Both the position numbers and the translations under genes were made by a program. The notes beneath the pieces are model-generated. The model had not been told where the DNA came from. It searched no databases and saw only the letters and a program-made list of their open reading frames with translations. From the human T2T-CHM13v2.0 reference genome, Homo sapiens: a DNA stretch of 64,000 nt. Every line of letters starts with the position of its first letter. Within the stretch, counting starts at the first letter, position 1. The stretch lies in assembly GCF_009914755.1 (NCBI RefSeq), contig NC_060929.1; one strand, written 5' to 3'. Below, piece after piece: positions 13,917 through 35,780 of the stretch.

Positions 13917-15286
13917 GTAAGTCAGTACAGTTACTTGTAATTTACTTTGGATAATAGATTAATTCAACTCCTTTTTTGATATCTAGGTATATTTGCAGAT
14001 ACTAGAGACAGGTGATCCAAGTGTAAGTTCCAGGCTGACATGAGTATTTTATTTATTTTTATTTATTATTTAATTATTATTTATTCATTTTTAGAGACAT
14101 AGTCTCTCTCTGTTGCCCAGGCTGGAAAACAAAGGTGTAATCACAGCTCATTGCAGGCTCAAACTCCTGGGCTCAGGTAATCTGTGAGCCATCACACCAG
14201 GCTGAACATTTTTATAAAGTGTTTCATTTTGTTTACAAAATGGACAAATTGCATAATGAAAGAATTTTCTTATTTTCTAGAAGCAATTTGCCTGTTATGT
14301 CTGATTCGAAACTCTCATATATTATTATATTTTCTTATGTATGTAGTGATTTGAGTAAAACTTTTAAGATCAGGACCATGTATCTTACATATTTTTATGT
14401 CTTTCATCATGTACTAATGAGAAACCCACTCAATATTTGTTCAATGGATGGATGAAGGCATTGTATACCAATTTATAATTAATAAATAATTGGGCAATAT
14501 TTATGCCTAAGCTAGAAATCAAGTCTTTGGTTTACTGATTCAACCTGTAATCATTGTATGTATATCCCTTCATTATACAGATGAACATTATAGCAGTGTT
14601 TCTCAGCCTTTTCCTATAAAGTGCTCATGTTGGCTGCAGCAGGAAAGGAGAAAGAAAGCATATCACCACAGGGCCGGGGCAGAGCTTGCAGTATCTGGTC
14701 CAACAAGAAATTACCTTGAAATTCCATATTTTATTATAAAAGTGTATGCATTTTTGCATCCTAATTCATTATATATCTCAGCTTCTTTTATTGTCAAAAC
14801 ACTGTTTTAAATTGTATTTTTCTCCTCAAAAGGAAGAATTTTGTCTTGTTTCATGTTGAATCCTTAATGCCTGAAACAGTGCGTAGCATATAATAACTAC
14901 ACAGTGATTATTTAGTAAATGAATTTTAGCAAAATTGATGCCTCAGGAAATGGTTGCTTAATGATTGTCAGGAACTGTAAGGAGTCAATGCTAATGAGTA
15001 CAGGGTTTCTTTTTTGGATGATGAAATTTTTCTAGAATTAGAGAGTGGTTATAGTTACATAACCTTCTGAATACGCTAAATAAAAACCACTAAAGGGTTC
15101 ACTTTAAAAGGGTGAATTTTATAGTATGTAAATTATGTCTCAGTTTTTAAAAATGAAAAAAATGATAGGAAAGGAAGAAATAAAACCTTTATTCACAGAC
15201 AGTATGATTGTGTTTATAGAAAACAAAAAAGATTCTATAGATAAATGATCATAATAAATAGGTGAACTTAGAAAATCTCAGGATGT

Positions 15287-15600
15287 GGTCAGGGCGGTGG
15301 CTCATGCCTGTAATCCCAGCACTTTGGGAAGCCAAGTTGGGTGGATCATTTGACCCCAGGAGTTGAAGATCAGCTTAGGCAACATAGTGAGACCCTGTCT
15401 CTACAAAAAATAGAAAAATTAGCCGGGCATGGTGGCATGTACCTGTAGTCACAGCTACTCAGGAAGCTGAGTCAGGAGGATCGATTGAGCCCAAGAGCTG
15501 GAGGCTGCAGTGAGCTGTGATTGCACCATTGCACTCCAACCTAGGTGACAGAGTGAGGACCTTGTCTCAAAAAAAAAGAAAGAAAGCAAAGAAAAGAAAA
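15287..15600 (+). mobile_element. Alu (AluJ-like)
   Basis: Dimer; TSD gaaaatctcaggat. Confidence 0.88.
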
Positions 15601-16513
15601 TCTCAGGATTCAAGGTCAAAATAGAAAATAAATTCTGTTTTTTTCTAATAACTGAAAATCTAGAAATACAACTTAAAAAATTTTACAATTTGTATAATAA
15701 TAGTATATACAAAGCCCTTTTGCCATCATAGCCTGGGGATGGTGAAAAGTTACTTTTGCTATGCTGAACAGGAGTTGATGAAGCAAGGCAAAGTCTGGCC
15801 ATGGTCACAAGCTGGAGCTCCTGTGGGTGAGGCAACGTATGCCTTGATATACAGACTTCCTCCTCTTGCTGTCCCTGTTATATGAGACTATTAGAACCAT
15901 GCAGTCTCCCAAGCAGAAGTGTGCCCTGACTTTTAAAAGTCTTCTACCCACAGGCTATGGATGGAAGACTAGGGAGAGGGGCTGGGCAGCTTCTGTATCT
16001 TCTGTGTCTCCAGGCCAGGTCTCCCTCTCTTGTTAGGACTGTTAATATTAGTCCATCCAACTGCTTATTGATGTTTCCACTTAGAGATCTCTCATGCGTC
16101 TCAAATTTACGTTATCCGAAATGAGATTCTTGACTATATTTACTAACCTGCACTTCCTGTGATCTTTCTTGTCTCAGGAAATGGCACCACAATCTACTTA
16201 GATGTTTCAACCAGAAATCTAGGAGTCATTTTTTCGCTCCTTTCTTTATTCTTGTATCTAATATCCAATCATTATGATTCTATTCCAAAATACATTTTGA
16301 ATTAGTCCACATCTTTCTTTCCATCTTTCTTATCATTATCCTAGAAGCCACCAGGATTTCTTGCTCATACTGCTGTAGTTCCCCCTTTTTTTTCATGTAG
16401 GAGACCTTAGGAACATACTTTACATGGGCCCAGAGACTCCTCAACTTGCCCATTTACTGATTTTTTTTCTATCTATTGGAAATAATGGAATTAGCAGACT
16501 GTGACTATTACTC

Positions 16514-16788
<275 letters not shown>

Positions 16789-17352
16789 GACTATCACTCT
16801 TAAATGAAAGATTCCAAGCTTTTGTGCCCCTTTATAACCACACTGATAAAGGAGACCTACAACCCCCTTCCCCAACTTCATCCTGGGAAAATAATAAAAG
16901 ACTAGATCATCTATCTTTCTGCAAATTCACTTGCCCTGTTGTCCTTGCAGAAGTTTGGCCATAGGGTGAAAGAACAACTTCTCTGTATCTGCCCTCCCCC
17001 TGGCGAGATAAGCCACACAAACATCAGGACTCAGCACTATTCACATGGTTGAAGAATTCCACCTTTGGCAGAGGGCTGGAAGCTGTTTGGATAGTACCTG
17101 GACATTGCTTAGAATTGCATTTGATAGAGAATAAAAGGAGTATAAAACTCTTTGATTGGTCTTGGTGTTTTGGTGTTTATTTCTTTATTTTTATTTTTTG
17201 TAGAGAGTCTGGTCCCAAACTCCTGGCTGCAAGCAGTCCTCCTGCCTCAGCCTCCCAAAGTGCTGGGATTACAGGTGTGAGCACCACACCCAGCCATTTT
17301 GTTATTTTATGCTTTGCCTCACTGTAATTAAAAGATCCTAAATATGGTATAG

Positions 17353-18053
<701 letters not shown>

Positions 18054-18866
18054 AAGAACTTTACTTTTATTAAGGTATCCATTTCTGCTCCATACAAGCA
18101 TATGGAAACTGGTTCCATTTGTAGCTCCAGGGGTGCATTACAATAAGTTAATCAGCACTTGAAGTTTTCCTGATGATTCATATTGCTCCCATGGTGGGCA
18201 AGTGATCAAACTGGGCTCAATTAGACTCAAGTAAAGTAATTATAATTACCAAAGAAGTTTTATATCTTAAAATTGAAGTATGTGAACATGAAAATATGTA
18301 GCCCTAGTGATTATTGGTAGCTGTCTTAAAATCATGAGATGAAATTAGCCTTACGATGAAGACGACACCAAGGACAGTGAAGAAAAGAGACATAAAGATC
18401 ACAATAACATCACTGAGCTGCTGATTGTACCACACTTAAAGCTCACCTGACCCCTGGACTTTTAGTTATTTGAGATGATAAATCTACTAGCTTGAATCTG
18501 AATTTCTATTTATTTGCCGCCAGAAGCATCCAGTAGATCTATGAGTCCATCCTAATTGGATAGATTATTTTCCCTGCTTCCACACTTGCCCCTGTCTATT
18601 TTATTTTCCACCCAGCATCCAAAGTGGTATATTTAAACATAAATCAAGCCTCTTTATTGGTCTCAAATGGTGTTCCATTTAAAATCTTTAATATAATTGC
18701 TAGATAGAAACATGTTTGGTTCTACTGCTCTGGTTTCCAAGAGGAGAGATTTTTTTCCCTAAAGGCTTTGACCTCTTGCCTCACTGTTTATTTCTCTCAT
18801 AGAGGTTGAGAGATTGTTTTGATTTGTAGTTCTTGACTGGGTGGAGCTAATCTATCAAATGCACTA

Positions 18867-19746
<880 letters not shown>

Positions 19747-20019
19747 TCAATAACCTGAAGGGCCTGCACAGACTGGCCTGTGTCTCCAAGTCCACCTTCA
19801 CAGTGTTTTCACATTCCTAGAAATTCCCACACTGGCCTCACAGCAGTGCCTTGCATGGCTACGCTCCCTCCTCCTTGGGCTGTCACACACATTCTTTCCT
19901 GGAAAGCTCTTTTCCCCACACTCTGCCTTGCTAACCCCTTAAGCTGATCCTTTGGTATCGGCTGAATTGTCACTTCCTCAAAAAGACTTTTCCTGACTCC
20001 AGAATCAAAATTCAGGGAA

Positions 20020-20560
20020 GCACCTTCCTATGTGGCCTTTTGTGACTGGCTTCTTCAATTAGTATGTTTTCAAAGTTCAGCTGTTTTCTAGTGTGTATCA
20101 GTTCTTTATTCCTTTTTATGACTGAATCATTTTTGTATGTAGATATACCACATTTTGTTTATCCATTCATCAACTGGTAGACATTGGTTGTTTCCCTTTT
20201 TTGCTACTATGATTACTGCTGCTATGAGCATTCACATACAGGTGTTTTTGTAGACATGTGTTTTCAGTTCTCTTGCTTATATGTCTAGGAGTAGAATTCC
20301 TGGGTCATATGGTAACTATATGTTTAACTTTTTAAAGAACTGCCAAACTTTTCCAAAGTGCCTGCTCCTTTTTACATTCCTCCTAGCAGTGTGGATAAGG
20401 GTTCTAGTTTCTCCACATCTTTGCCAACACTTGTTATTGTACTTTTTTTTTTTAATTATAGCCAGCTAAGTGTATATGAATTGGTATCTCATTGTGGTGT
20501 AGATTTGCATCCCCTAAAGACTAATGCTGGTGAGCATCTCTTTGTGTGCTTTTTGGAAAT
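20020..20560 (-). mobile_element. Old L1M (L1MB-like) 3' fragment
   Basis: gggtcatatggtaactatatgtttaacttttta and related antisense L1 text. Confidence 0.7.
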
Positions 20561-20931
20561 TGGCTTATATTTGCAGCTGAGTAGCTTTCTTAGCCTGTTC
20601 CCTGCCTGTAGAAATTTGGGAGCCCACAGACCTCTTTTCGTTTTGAACTATCTCTGTCCTTTTGTGTCCAAGTAGTTATATCTCCCTTAAAAATATAGTG
20701 GGCTTTTAATATATTAAATTTAATCAGAAGCCACACCCCCGTCTCTTTGAGGTAGACCTCTCTCTACTTTGGTATGCAAGTTAAGGTGCAGTGGACAACA
20801 CCCTTAAGATTCCAGAAGATTCCATATCTAGCTATGTGGCTACATGAGGCACCTTCTTTCTGAGGGCTTAATAAAGGGTCATATGGTTGTACCCTTGGCT
20901 TGATATTGACACTGAGGCCATGTTTTACTGG

Positions 20932-21562
<631 letters not shown>

Positions 21563-22074
21563 GGCAACACCCTAGATTTAAATTTTGGCCCGAGACTGTC
21601 TCTTACTTTGAGAATCTCTTGCCAGCTGGAGAGGACAGGAATAAGAAACAGTTTTATTTTCAAATTCAGAAAGTCCTGATTTGGAAATATTTTCTCTATA
21701 TGCTGCTGAAAATCTGAAACGTTAATTATTTAGCTTAGCTCTTTCTTCTCATTCTTTATTATAAGCAGTTAAAAGAAGCCAGTTGCCACTTTCACCATTT
21801 CCCCTGGAAACCTCTTTAGCCAAATACACAGGTTCACTGGGTATCCTGTCTATCTTCCACCAGTTGCTACAGTGACAGTGTTGCCAGAAGTTTTACCACT
21901 ATGGAAAACAATAAAATGAGCTTATTGTTCTCAAGCTTCCAATAAGAATTTCTGCACTGCTCTTCCAGCTTCCATGAACAGTTCCCTCCTTGCCTTTCTT
22001 AGCCTCCACCAGGTCACAAAGCCAATGCCACATGTTTCAGGTTTTTGATATGGCAACACTCCACTTCCAGCTAC

Positions 22075-25085
<3,011 letters not shown>

Positions 25086-25600
25086 CTGCTGAACATACTT
25101 ACACCATGTCTGCTGAAGCTCCTTACCTGTTCAAAGGATGTATGCTTTTAAGCAGTAACTAAACCGTAAGTCAAAGAAGTGAATTTTTAATGTAGATTTT
25201 CAAACATGAGCAATGAATATCCATAATTTCTAATTTGAGGAGTGAGAAGATAAAAGTACGATTTTTATTCCCAGAAAGCTTCAGCAAATACTTATTAAGC
25301 CTTTCATTATGTATGTACTTTGCTGGTATTAGAAAGAAATTCAGAATTTGTATGTCAACAGCTTAAGATCTGTGTAACTTAGGGAAAGTCATTTAACTTC
25401 TTGACATCTGTTTGCTAATCTAAAAAATAGGGAGAATGTGTACGGACCTTGTATACTGCCTGGCATGGGATAATCGCTCACTGAGTGTTACTTTTCTTTC
25501 CTTTTTTTTTATCTTCCTCAAAAGGATACTGAACATGGTGCCTCCTGTAGTTCTGTGCCCTGTTTTCTTAGCATTAACTGAAGTTCTTTTATTTGGACAG

Positions 25601-25766
25601 GTACTGCTCACATGATAGAGGCTGATGTCCTTCTTCCAAGTGATGGATCAGAACACAGCCAGCCAATTATGGCCCATCCCCCTGAAACAAACAGTGATAA
25701 TACTCTACAGGAGTGGCTGACTGAAGTTATGAAAAGCAATAAAGGCATCAAGCTGGATTTCAAAAG
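25601..25766 (+). CDS. FAM151B: FAM151B coding exon 3 (STAHMIEADV...MAHPP...GIKLDFK)
   Basis: Acceptor ttttatttggacag|, donor AAG|gtattt; 166 nt; overlaps ORF 25612..25866; carries IEADV, AHPP and KLDFK motifs. Confidence 0.95.
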
Positions 25767-26188
25767 GTATTTGTATAAACACGTTCAATTTTCTGGGAAA
25801 AAAGTAATAGCTGTGCCTGACTACCTATTTTTTTTTATGTTATCCAAACTGAAAATGGAATTGTAGACTCTAATATATTTCAGGACTGAACCTAAATGAA
25901 CCTAAGACCCACTGAGTTATTTACTAAAATTGTTTTTTGGAGACCCTTAAAGGCAAAAGTTAGATTAATTTTTATAAAGGAATTTATCATAAGTGACCAT
26001 CGTGACAACAGAAAGGTAAATTAAAAATGCTACATATGTTAAAAAGTAACCCAGGAGAGAGAGAGCTGGGAGAAATTCATTGAGCTAGTTAATGCATACC
26101 CTGTTTGATTTATGTTATTATATTTGTAAAGGGAATTATTTAGAATTCTCCAATAACCAAAGTGTTTCTTAAAAATAATGCTTGGAGG

Positions 26189-26750
<562 letters not shown>

Positions 26751-26929
26751 TTATCTCAAGAAATTAATAAGGACTTGGAATCTTGTAGGATTCTTAAGAT
26801 GACTCTAACCATTTGTTATGGGGCAAAATATACCAGTAAACCTTATTATACCGTTAGTGAATGAATAGATGTATAAAATCTTGATATACAGGAGTTTGGA
26901 TTGACAGGGTCTTGTGAATTAAAGAACTA

Positions 26930-27309
<380 letters not shown>

Positions 27310-27689
27310 TTATTGACAAAGAAACTTAGTTCCAGAGAGGTTAAGTGATGTACCTGAGGGTAACAGGTAAGCTTTGACAGGTAAGCTACAACCAGATCCT
27401 AATTCTCCTGAAGCCAGTCCAGTGTTCTCTATATCATGAAATAAAGCATTTGATCTTTAGTGCTTGATGGCTTAAACTTTTAGATCTCCTTGATGTCACG
27501 TGCTCAGTTTTTCATGTTTACTATTGCCCCTTGAATTGTTTCCTGGGACATATTCTTTGGCTTCTCACCAGTCAGATCAGCTCATTCATTCTTAAGTGCT
27601 AGCAGCTAGCACAAAAGCGCTGAGCCTCTGAAACAAAGATTTTGCAAGTTTTTTTTAAAGTCATAACATATTTGAAGGGGATTCAATAT

Positions 27690-27930
27690 AAACTAATAGG
27701 TATGTGAACACCTATTACATGTCAGACACTGTTGTAAAAGCATTGCATGTATTTTTCATTAAATTCTCGTAACAATCCTAAGAGGTAGGTTATTGCTGTT
27801 ATTCTCATTTTCCGGATGAGGCAATGGAGATGGAGGGGCTAAGGAGCCCGCTTGTCACGTAGTTGTTAGTGGAACTAGAGAGCTGTCAGCCTGGCTGGAG
27901 AGTTCACACTTTTAACCAGAATGCTGCACT
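27690..27930 (-). mobile_element. MIR SINE fragment
   Basis: acaatcctaagaggtagg...ctcattttccggatgagg core-like MIR text. Confidence 0.6.
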
Positions 27931-28040
27931 CACTCCCTTTGTAAGAGCAGCTGAATGACCTGTTAGTTAAGTTTTAGTAGTTCTTGTTTTGTGCTTCTAA
28001 GTTACTTTGTTTGGTACACAAATAAAAAGTATTATATTTT

Positions 28041-28331
<291 letters not shown>

Positions 28332-28843
28332 GTATTATATTTTTAAATTTTATCTGGAGTCTCAGCAAGCTCTTCAGCGTTTTAGCTAAGAATTATTTTC
28401 CCTTAAACAATGCAATTTTATATAGTTTGTTACAATTTTAAGTACGATATTTATTTTATCATTCCCAATTTTTAAATGAAATTAATAGGAAAACAGGGTA
28501 TGATATTTAGAAGTTTGATTTACAAATAACTTTTTAGGAAAAAAATATATTCTATAATAACTAAGTTTATATTCTTTTCAGGAGACTTAAATAAATACCA
28601 CCAAGGAGCAATTTTCAGTAGTAGTCTCACCAGGACTTTCCTCTTCGGATGATCATCTTGGTGAAGCTTTGGTACTTCCTTATGGAAACTTAGTACTAAT
28701 ATATGTAAGAATTGAGAATGTTGGCCACTGTATTTTAAATTAGAATCACATGGAATTTATAGATTAATTTAGAAGGATGTGTCATTTTATAATACATGCA
28801 ATATTGAGTCTTCCAGGCTTGGTCTGTTATTTCTTGTAGTATA

Positions 28844-29382
28844 CAGTAGTCCTCTGTTATCTGCAGTTTCAGTAACCTGCAGTACACCATGGTCTAAAAG
28901 TGTTAAATGGAAAATTTGAGAAATAAACAATAAGTTTTAAATTACACACCATTCTGAGCAGTGTGGTGAAATCTGGTACTTTCCTATTCCATCCCAGCTG
29001 GGGTGTGACTCATCCCTTCCCTTCGTCCAGCGTATCCACACCATATATGCTGCCCACCTGTTAGTCACTTAATAGCCGTCACAGTTATCAGATTGACAGA
29101 TCACAAGAAGAAGGGTGAGTACGGTACAGTATGCTATTTTGAGAGAGAGAGAGAGACCACATTCACATAACTTTTATTATAGTATATTGCTATAATTGTT
29201 CTATTTTATTACTAGTTTATGTTGCTAATCTCTTACTGTGACTAATTTATAAATTACACTTTATCAGAGATAGGTATGTGTAGGGAAAAAAAACAGACTA
29301 CATATAGGGTTGGGTGCTAGGTAGTTTCAGGCATCCCTTGGAGGTCTTGGAACATATTCCCTGCAGATAAGGTGGACTACTG
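28844..29382. mobile_element. MER44/Tigger7-family non-autonomous DNA transposon
   Basis: ta|CAGTAGTCC...TTATCTGC and GCAGATAA...GGACTACTG|ta terminal inverted repeats with TA TSD. Confidence 0.8.
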
Positions 29383-29681
29383 TAGATTTTATTTTGTTGT
29401 TTAGGAAAGTTTGTTCTCAGTTCTTTTTTCTCCCACAAAATGTTACACCTTTTCTTCCAGAAGAACTTTAGAATTACTTCGTCAAGTTTTAGAAAATAAG
29501 AACTACAACAACAAAAAGTTTTTGGTTCTTTAGTGAGGTTTTAAATTTGTTTAACCGCAGATTTTAAGTTTCTGGTAAGGGAAAATATCATTATCCTTCG
29601 TCTACATTAGTGATAATTAAAATATTTACATATAAAATGGAATAAATGTACTAAATTCTTGCTTCACTGTGTTCTTTGTCA

Positions 29682-30143
<462 letters not shown>

Positions 30144-31690
30144 TCAACTTACTAAATTGAGAAAGCCTAAAAGGCTCCCTCCTGAAATGTAAACTGGAAA
30201 TTAGTATTTAACCCAGCTTCCATAAGACACCAGATTTCTTAAGAAATCAGAGTCCTTTTTGGAAAAAGAGGAGCTTGGCAGGAGGCATGCATGGATTAGT
30301 TCAAGGTTTTTCCTTACTCCACCCATGAAGAGCAGCACCTCATGGGGACTTGGCTGCTGCTATGGGACTGACAGACAAGCAAGCTTTGGAGTCACAGGTA
30401 CAAGTTGCTTGCTACGAAAAATGGAATTTTGTAGGAAGTACAGTGTTGGATCTCAGAATTGTGGTTTTAACATGGTGTTGACACAGGGCAAGGCAGGGAG
30501 AATTTAAAAGAGACAAATGACAACATCTAAATTAATGTCTGCAGAGTCCAGCATTAAGGTTTATTAATCCACTAAAATCTAGGCCCTCCCCAATTCAGGG
30601 GCAGAAGAGTGAGAAGGAAGCGTACCACATGGCAGCAGAGGGAAAGGGGCTAGAAGCTAAGGGATAGAGCCTGGGTTCCTCTGGTTTTAGTACATAGTAT
30701 CCTTGCTCACTGGTAAACATAACCCAATAAATAATGAGATTATTTAAATTTCTTCTCTTAGAGTAGGAGGCCCAAAAGGAGTGGAGACAAGAGAGGTAGA
30801 AGCATAGACAGAAGTACTGCCGTCTCTTAGGAAGAGAGAGGGAAATGTGAGGAGGGGTCGGTGAGTGTTCTCCCCTCCAGTATCCATCTCCAAAATTCAT
30901 AGCCTCCCATTATGATATTCACTACAAGGTAATTTTCTTATAAATGAACATAGGCAAGTAAAAATTATGGAAGCTGATTAAAACCTTATTGTTTCAAAGT
31001 CTGTAGTTATCAGCTAGAATATCTGTAGGGAAGTAAAAAGATTGAAGTTGCTTTTTAAATTTGAACTAAAATATACGTATTTCTAATTTTCAGAAAAGGT
31101 TCTTACAATAAAAGAAGAAAAATGAAACAGAAACTTGAAGGAAATACTATAATTTTATATTTTACAGTCATTTTTAGAATTGTTTATGTATCCAAACTCA
31201 CCCAAGAATACATAAGGGAAAGAAGCTACTTTTATTCTCCAGGGTCATGAGCCTGAATTAGAGATACAGGGCTTGGATCCACTTGGGTATTTCATAAATG
31301 TGAATTTACAGGTTATTAAGTGTATTTCATTTATCTTATTTATACATTCTGGAACGAGTGAATATTTGTGTCTTTTAAAAAACTGTTTTCACACCAAGTG
31401 ATCCTAATATGGAGTTTTGAAACCTCTATTTTGTCCACAAGTAGTACCACTATTCATATATTTATAGACTCTTTAAGGTATATTCATGAATAATAAGCAC
31501 AGTTCAACATTTAGAGATATGGCATATGTTAGCTTTTCCCTCTGGTGCTATGCGATCTTTGATTTTATTTAACCCAGACATTATTGTATTTTGATTATGA
31601 ATTTGAGAACATTGAGACCACTAGTCTAAAAGAACTTCTTTTTACTTTACCTAAAGAATCTATCTCATTGACAACAAATTATGTTTTTAG

Positions 31691-31908
31691 TCTGGCAGTT
31701 GTAGAACCATCCATGATGCTCTTGGAAAATGTGAAGAGGCATCTGAAGCGTCCTGTATGGATTAATGCCGATATTCTTCCTGGTCCAAATGGAAATAGCA
31801 AAGTAATAGATGCAAAACCATTTTTAGACACCGTGATATCCTTCTTTCCAGACGTGACGTTTTCCCTGGGTTGGACAACAGGATGGCATCCTGAGAAAGT
31901 CAATGAAG
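31691..31908 (+). CDS. FAM151B: FAM151B coding exon 4 (SLAVVEPS...PVWINADILPGPNG...SLGWTTGWHPEKVNE)
   Basis: Acceptor atgtttttag|, donor AAG|gtaata; 218 nt; within ORF 31584..32078; WINADIL and SLGWTT motifs. Confidence 0.95.
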
Positions 31909-32341
31909 GTAATAATTCTAATAATGTATTTCTTGGTCAAATTAAAATATCCTCCAGGTATAAAAATAACATCTTTAATACAAAGACCAAAACCCATTCT
32001 ACAAAATCTAAGCCTGATGGAAAAAAAGGCCTGACCCTTCAGGTATGTGCAGACCCTTCCATCTGCTCTTTCAGATAGATGCCATGTTCACTGGTGACGC
32101 TGCAGATTTTAAGAGAGTTCACACATTTATAGTCATATAAGTAAAGCTTCTGTTAGCAATCTCTTTTTCTAATTTTTAAAAATATAATTTTCCAGATTTT
32201 AAAGGAAAGTGGAACACGTCCCTTCTTTTTATCAGGAAATTAGCTGCTAAACTAACATATTCACTTAAGATTTCTGTAAAATGTTCCTTTACTGACTGAC
32301 CAATATTTTTTACAACTTGCTTTTGATAGAGTATAGAGTTA

Positions 32342-33434
<1,093 letters not shown>

Positions 33435-34001
33435 TAACATGATTTAAATATATGTAAAATATATACATATATAGTCAATTTTACCACTATTTCTACTTTA
33501 AGTAAAATATACAGGTAATTTGGGCAAGCCAAAAAGAAAATTGATTTGATGTTAACTATCACTTAAACAGCTAGCATATACCCCAAAGCAACCTTTCTTG
33601 GAAAAGAAAATTTAACAAAAATAGGAAATCCAAGTTTATAGAGAATAATAATGATGCAGGTGTACCTAAAAGAAGAGCCTTAAAATATTTAAAGTAAATA
33701 AAATCTAGTGGTGTAAATTTTTTTTCTTGTGCTTGAGAGATTAGTAAAACCTTTTTAGTGCCTTAATGTTTTGTTAAATTTGCTCTAGGTCACTTGTGGA
33801 ATGATTTTTTATCTCCATTTTCCACTTAGTTTTTTTTCACATTAAGTAGCATTTTAATTGACTTAGAATCCAAATGGAAAGTATTATGAATTACCTATGA
33901 ATTATCTATGGTTTTACCTAATTATAGGTAATTTAGTCTTTTATTTAATTGTCTTTCAAGATTTCAATCAATAAAGTTAAATTTTTTTCTTTTCTTTTAA
34001 G

Positions 34002-34137
34002 GGTACAGTTGGACAATGGTGAAAGAGATGGAATATATATGTAATGAACTAAGTCAGCCTGTAACGTTCCCTGTCAGAGCAGCATTAGTCAGGCAGTCTT
34101 GTTCTCAGTTACTTTGGCTGTTAAAGAAATCAAACAG
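34002..34137 (+). CDS. FAM151B: FAM151B coding exon 5 (GYSWTMVKEMEYICNELSQPVTFPVRAALVRQSCSQLLWLLKKSN-R)
   Basis: Polypyrimidine tract plus taag| at 34001, donor CAG|gtatgt at 34137; 136 nt, in frame; QPVTFPVRA motif. Confidence 0.95.
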
Positions 34138-34478
34138 GTATGTAATAGTTTAACAAATGTGTATGTGAGTGTGTATGAGAGACAGAGATAGAAAGGGCAT
34201 GAAAATTGATTATTTAAAGACAGTGTGTGTGAGAGAAAGGTAGACAGAAAAGGAATGAAAACTGATGATATAAGCGCACAGACTCCCTCACCGGATTGGA
34301 GCTCCTTGATGAACCTTAACTTACTTAACATCGTATATTTTACCCCTATTCCTCACAAAAGTTTTTGTACATAGTAGGTGCTCAGTAAGTGTTAGCTGTC
34401 TTTTTCATTATATATTCACAAAAAATTATGAGTGGATAAATTAGCTTCTTTTTAAATTTCATCATAATTTCAGAAATC

Positions 34479-34765
34479 AGCCAGGTGTGATGGCTCACAC
34501 CCGTAATCCCAGCACTTTGGGAGGCTGAGGCAGGAGGATCCCCTGAACCCAGGAGTTTGAGATCAGCCTGGGCAATTTAGTGAGAACTTGTCTTTACAAA
34601 ACATTAAAAAATTAGCCGAGCGTGGTGGCAAGCACCTGTAGTCTCAGCTACTCGGGAAGCTAAGGTGGGAGCATCGCTTGAAACTGGGAGGCCGAGGCTT
34701 CAGTGAGCCAAGATCATACAACTGTACTACAGCCTAGGTGACAGAGCGAGGCCCTGTCTCAAAAA
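34479..34765 (+). mobile_element. Alu (AluJ-like)
   Basis: Dimer; TSD tttcagaaatc. Confidence 0.87.
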
Positions 34766-34899
34766 TAATACTTTCAGAAATCTTTTTTATATAAAAGTTT
34801 TATTTTGGTATGTAATAAAAATTAGTTGGACCACCTATTGAATATTTAAATAGATTATAAAAGTACAGATGTTAAAAATTTTATTTTTTTTTCTTTTAA

Positions 34900-35780
34900 G
34901 AGATCAATCAGTAGAACAAAAGGAAAAGTCCAGAATCTATCATGGAACTTAGTGTAGAAACAAGCTGACTTTTCAGATCTTTGGAGCAAGAAGTTCAGCA
35001 ACTGGTTTTAGGACAACAGGCTATGTAGGAAAAACAATGCTGACACCTTTGCTTATTCCTTGCTCCAAAATACATTCCCAATGAATTAAAGATTTGAACA
35101 TCAAACAGTAAATGCATAAAGAATAAACAAGGGATGATTCCTTAAATATAGTTTCAGAATGGAGAAGACCTTTCTTAGTAGTAAGGCACAAAACCCAGAA
35201 GCCTGTAAAAGGAATTTTGATACATTTGAATACATAAAAATGGAAAGCAACTAGTAAAAAGACCCCCAATGTGTATGTCAGAGAAATGTTAAGAATTCTG
35301 ACAAATAAAGGATTTTTACAAATTACCCAGAAAAAGTCCCAGTTTAATAATTCACTATGTTGCAGAGAATAGTGGAAGCAAGACACTCATACATTTTTGG
35401 CTGGAGTATAAACTGATCAATAATTTCCTTGGAGAGAAATTTGGCATATACTCATGAATTTCACTAATGAGACCGTGTCTTACTAATAGACGTTCACATA
35501 AGCACAGAGACATAGGTACAAGGATATTCTGGAAGCATCGTTTGTATTAATAAAAGACTTGAAACATTCTAAATATCTATCAGTCAGACACTGTTGAATA
35601 AATTATGGTACACCCATATGATGGAATATTATATGTTATAGATAATGCAGGAGACCCTATGTTTTAATATGGAATGATCTCTAAGATATATTATTAACTG
35701 AATAAATTAAGATGCAGAATGATAGGTATAGTATGATTCCATTTGCATGTGGGAAAATTGATGTGTAAAAATATTTGTAG
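34900..35780 (+). mobile_element. Ancient L1M ORF2/3' end fragment
   Basis: Highly diverged L1 ORF2 C-terminal text (aataaattatggtacacccatatgatggaatatta). Confidence 0.55.

Noticed and set aside
25595-25610. AG|GT junctions at the starts of exon 3 and exon 6 (53676) as recursive splice sites
   Set aside because: GTACTG and GTACAG are poor donors and are explained by coding constraints.
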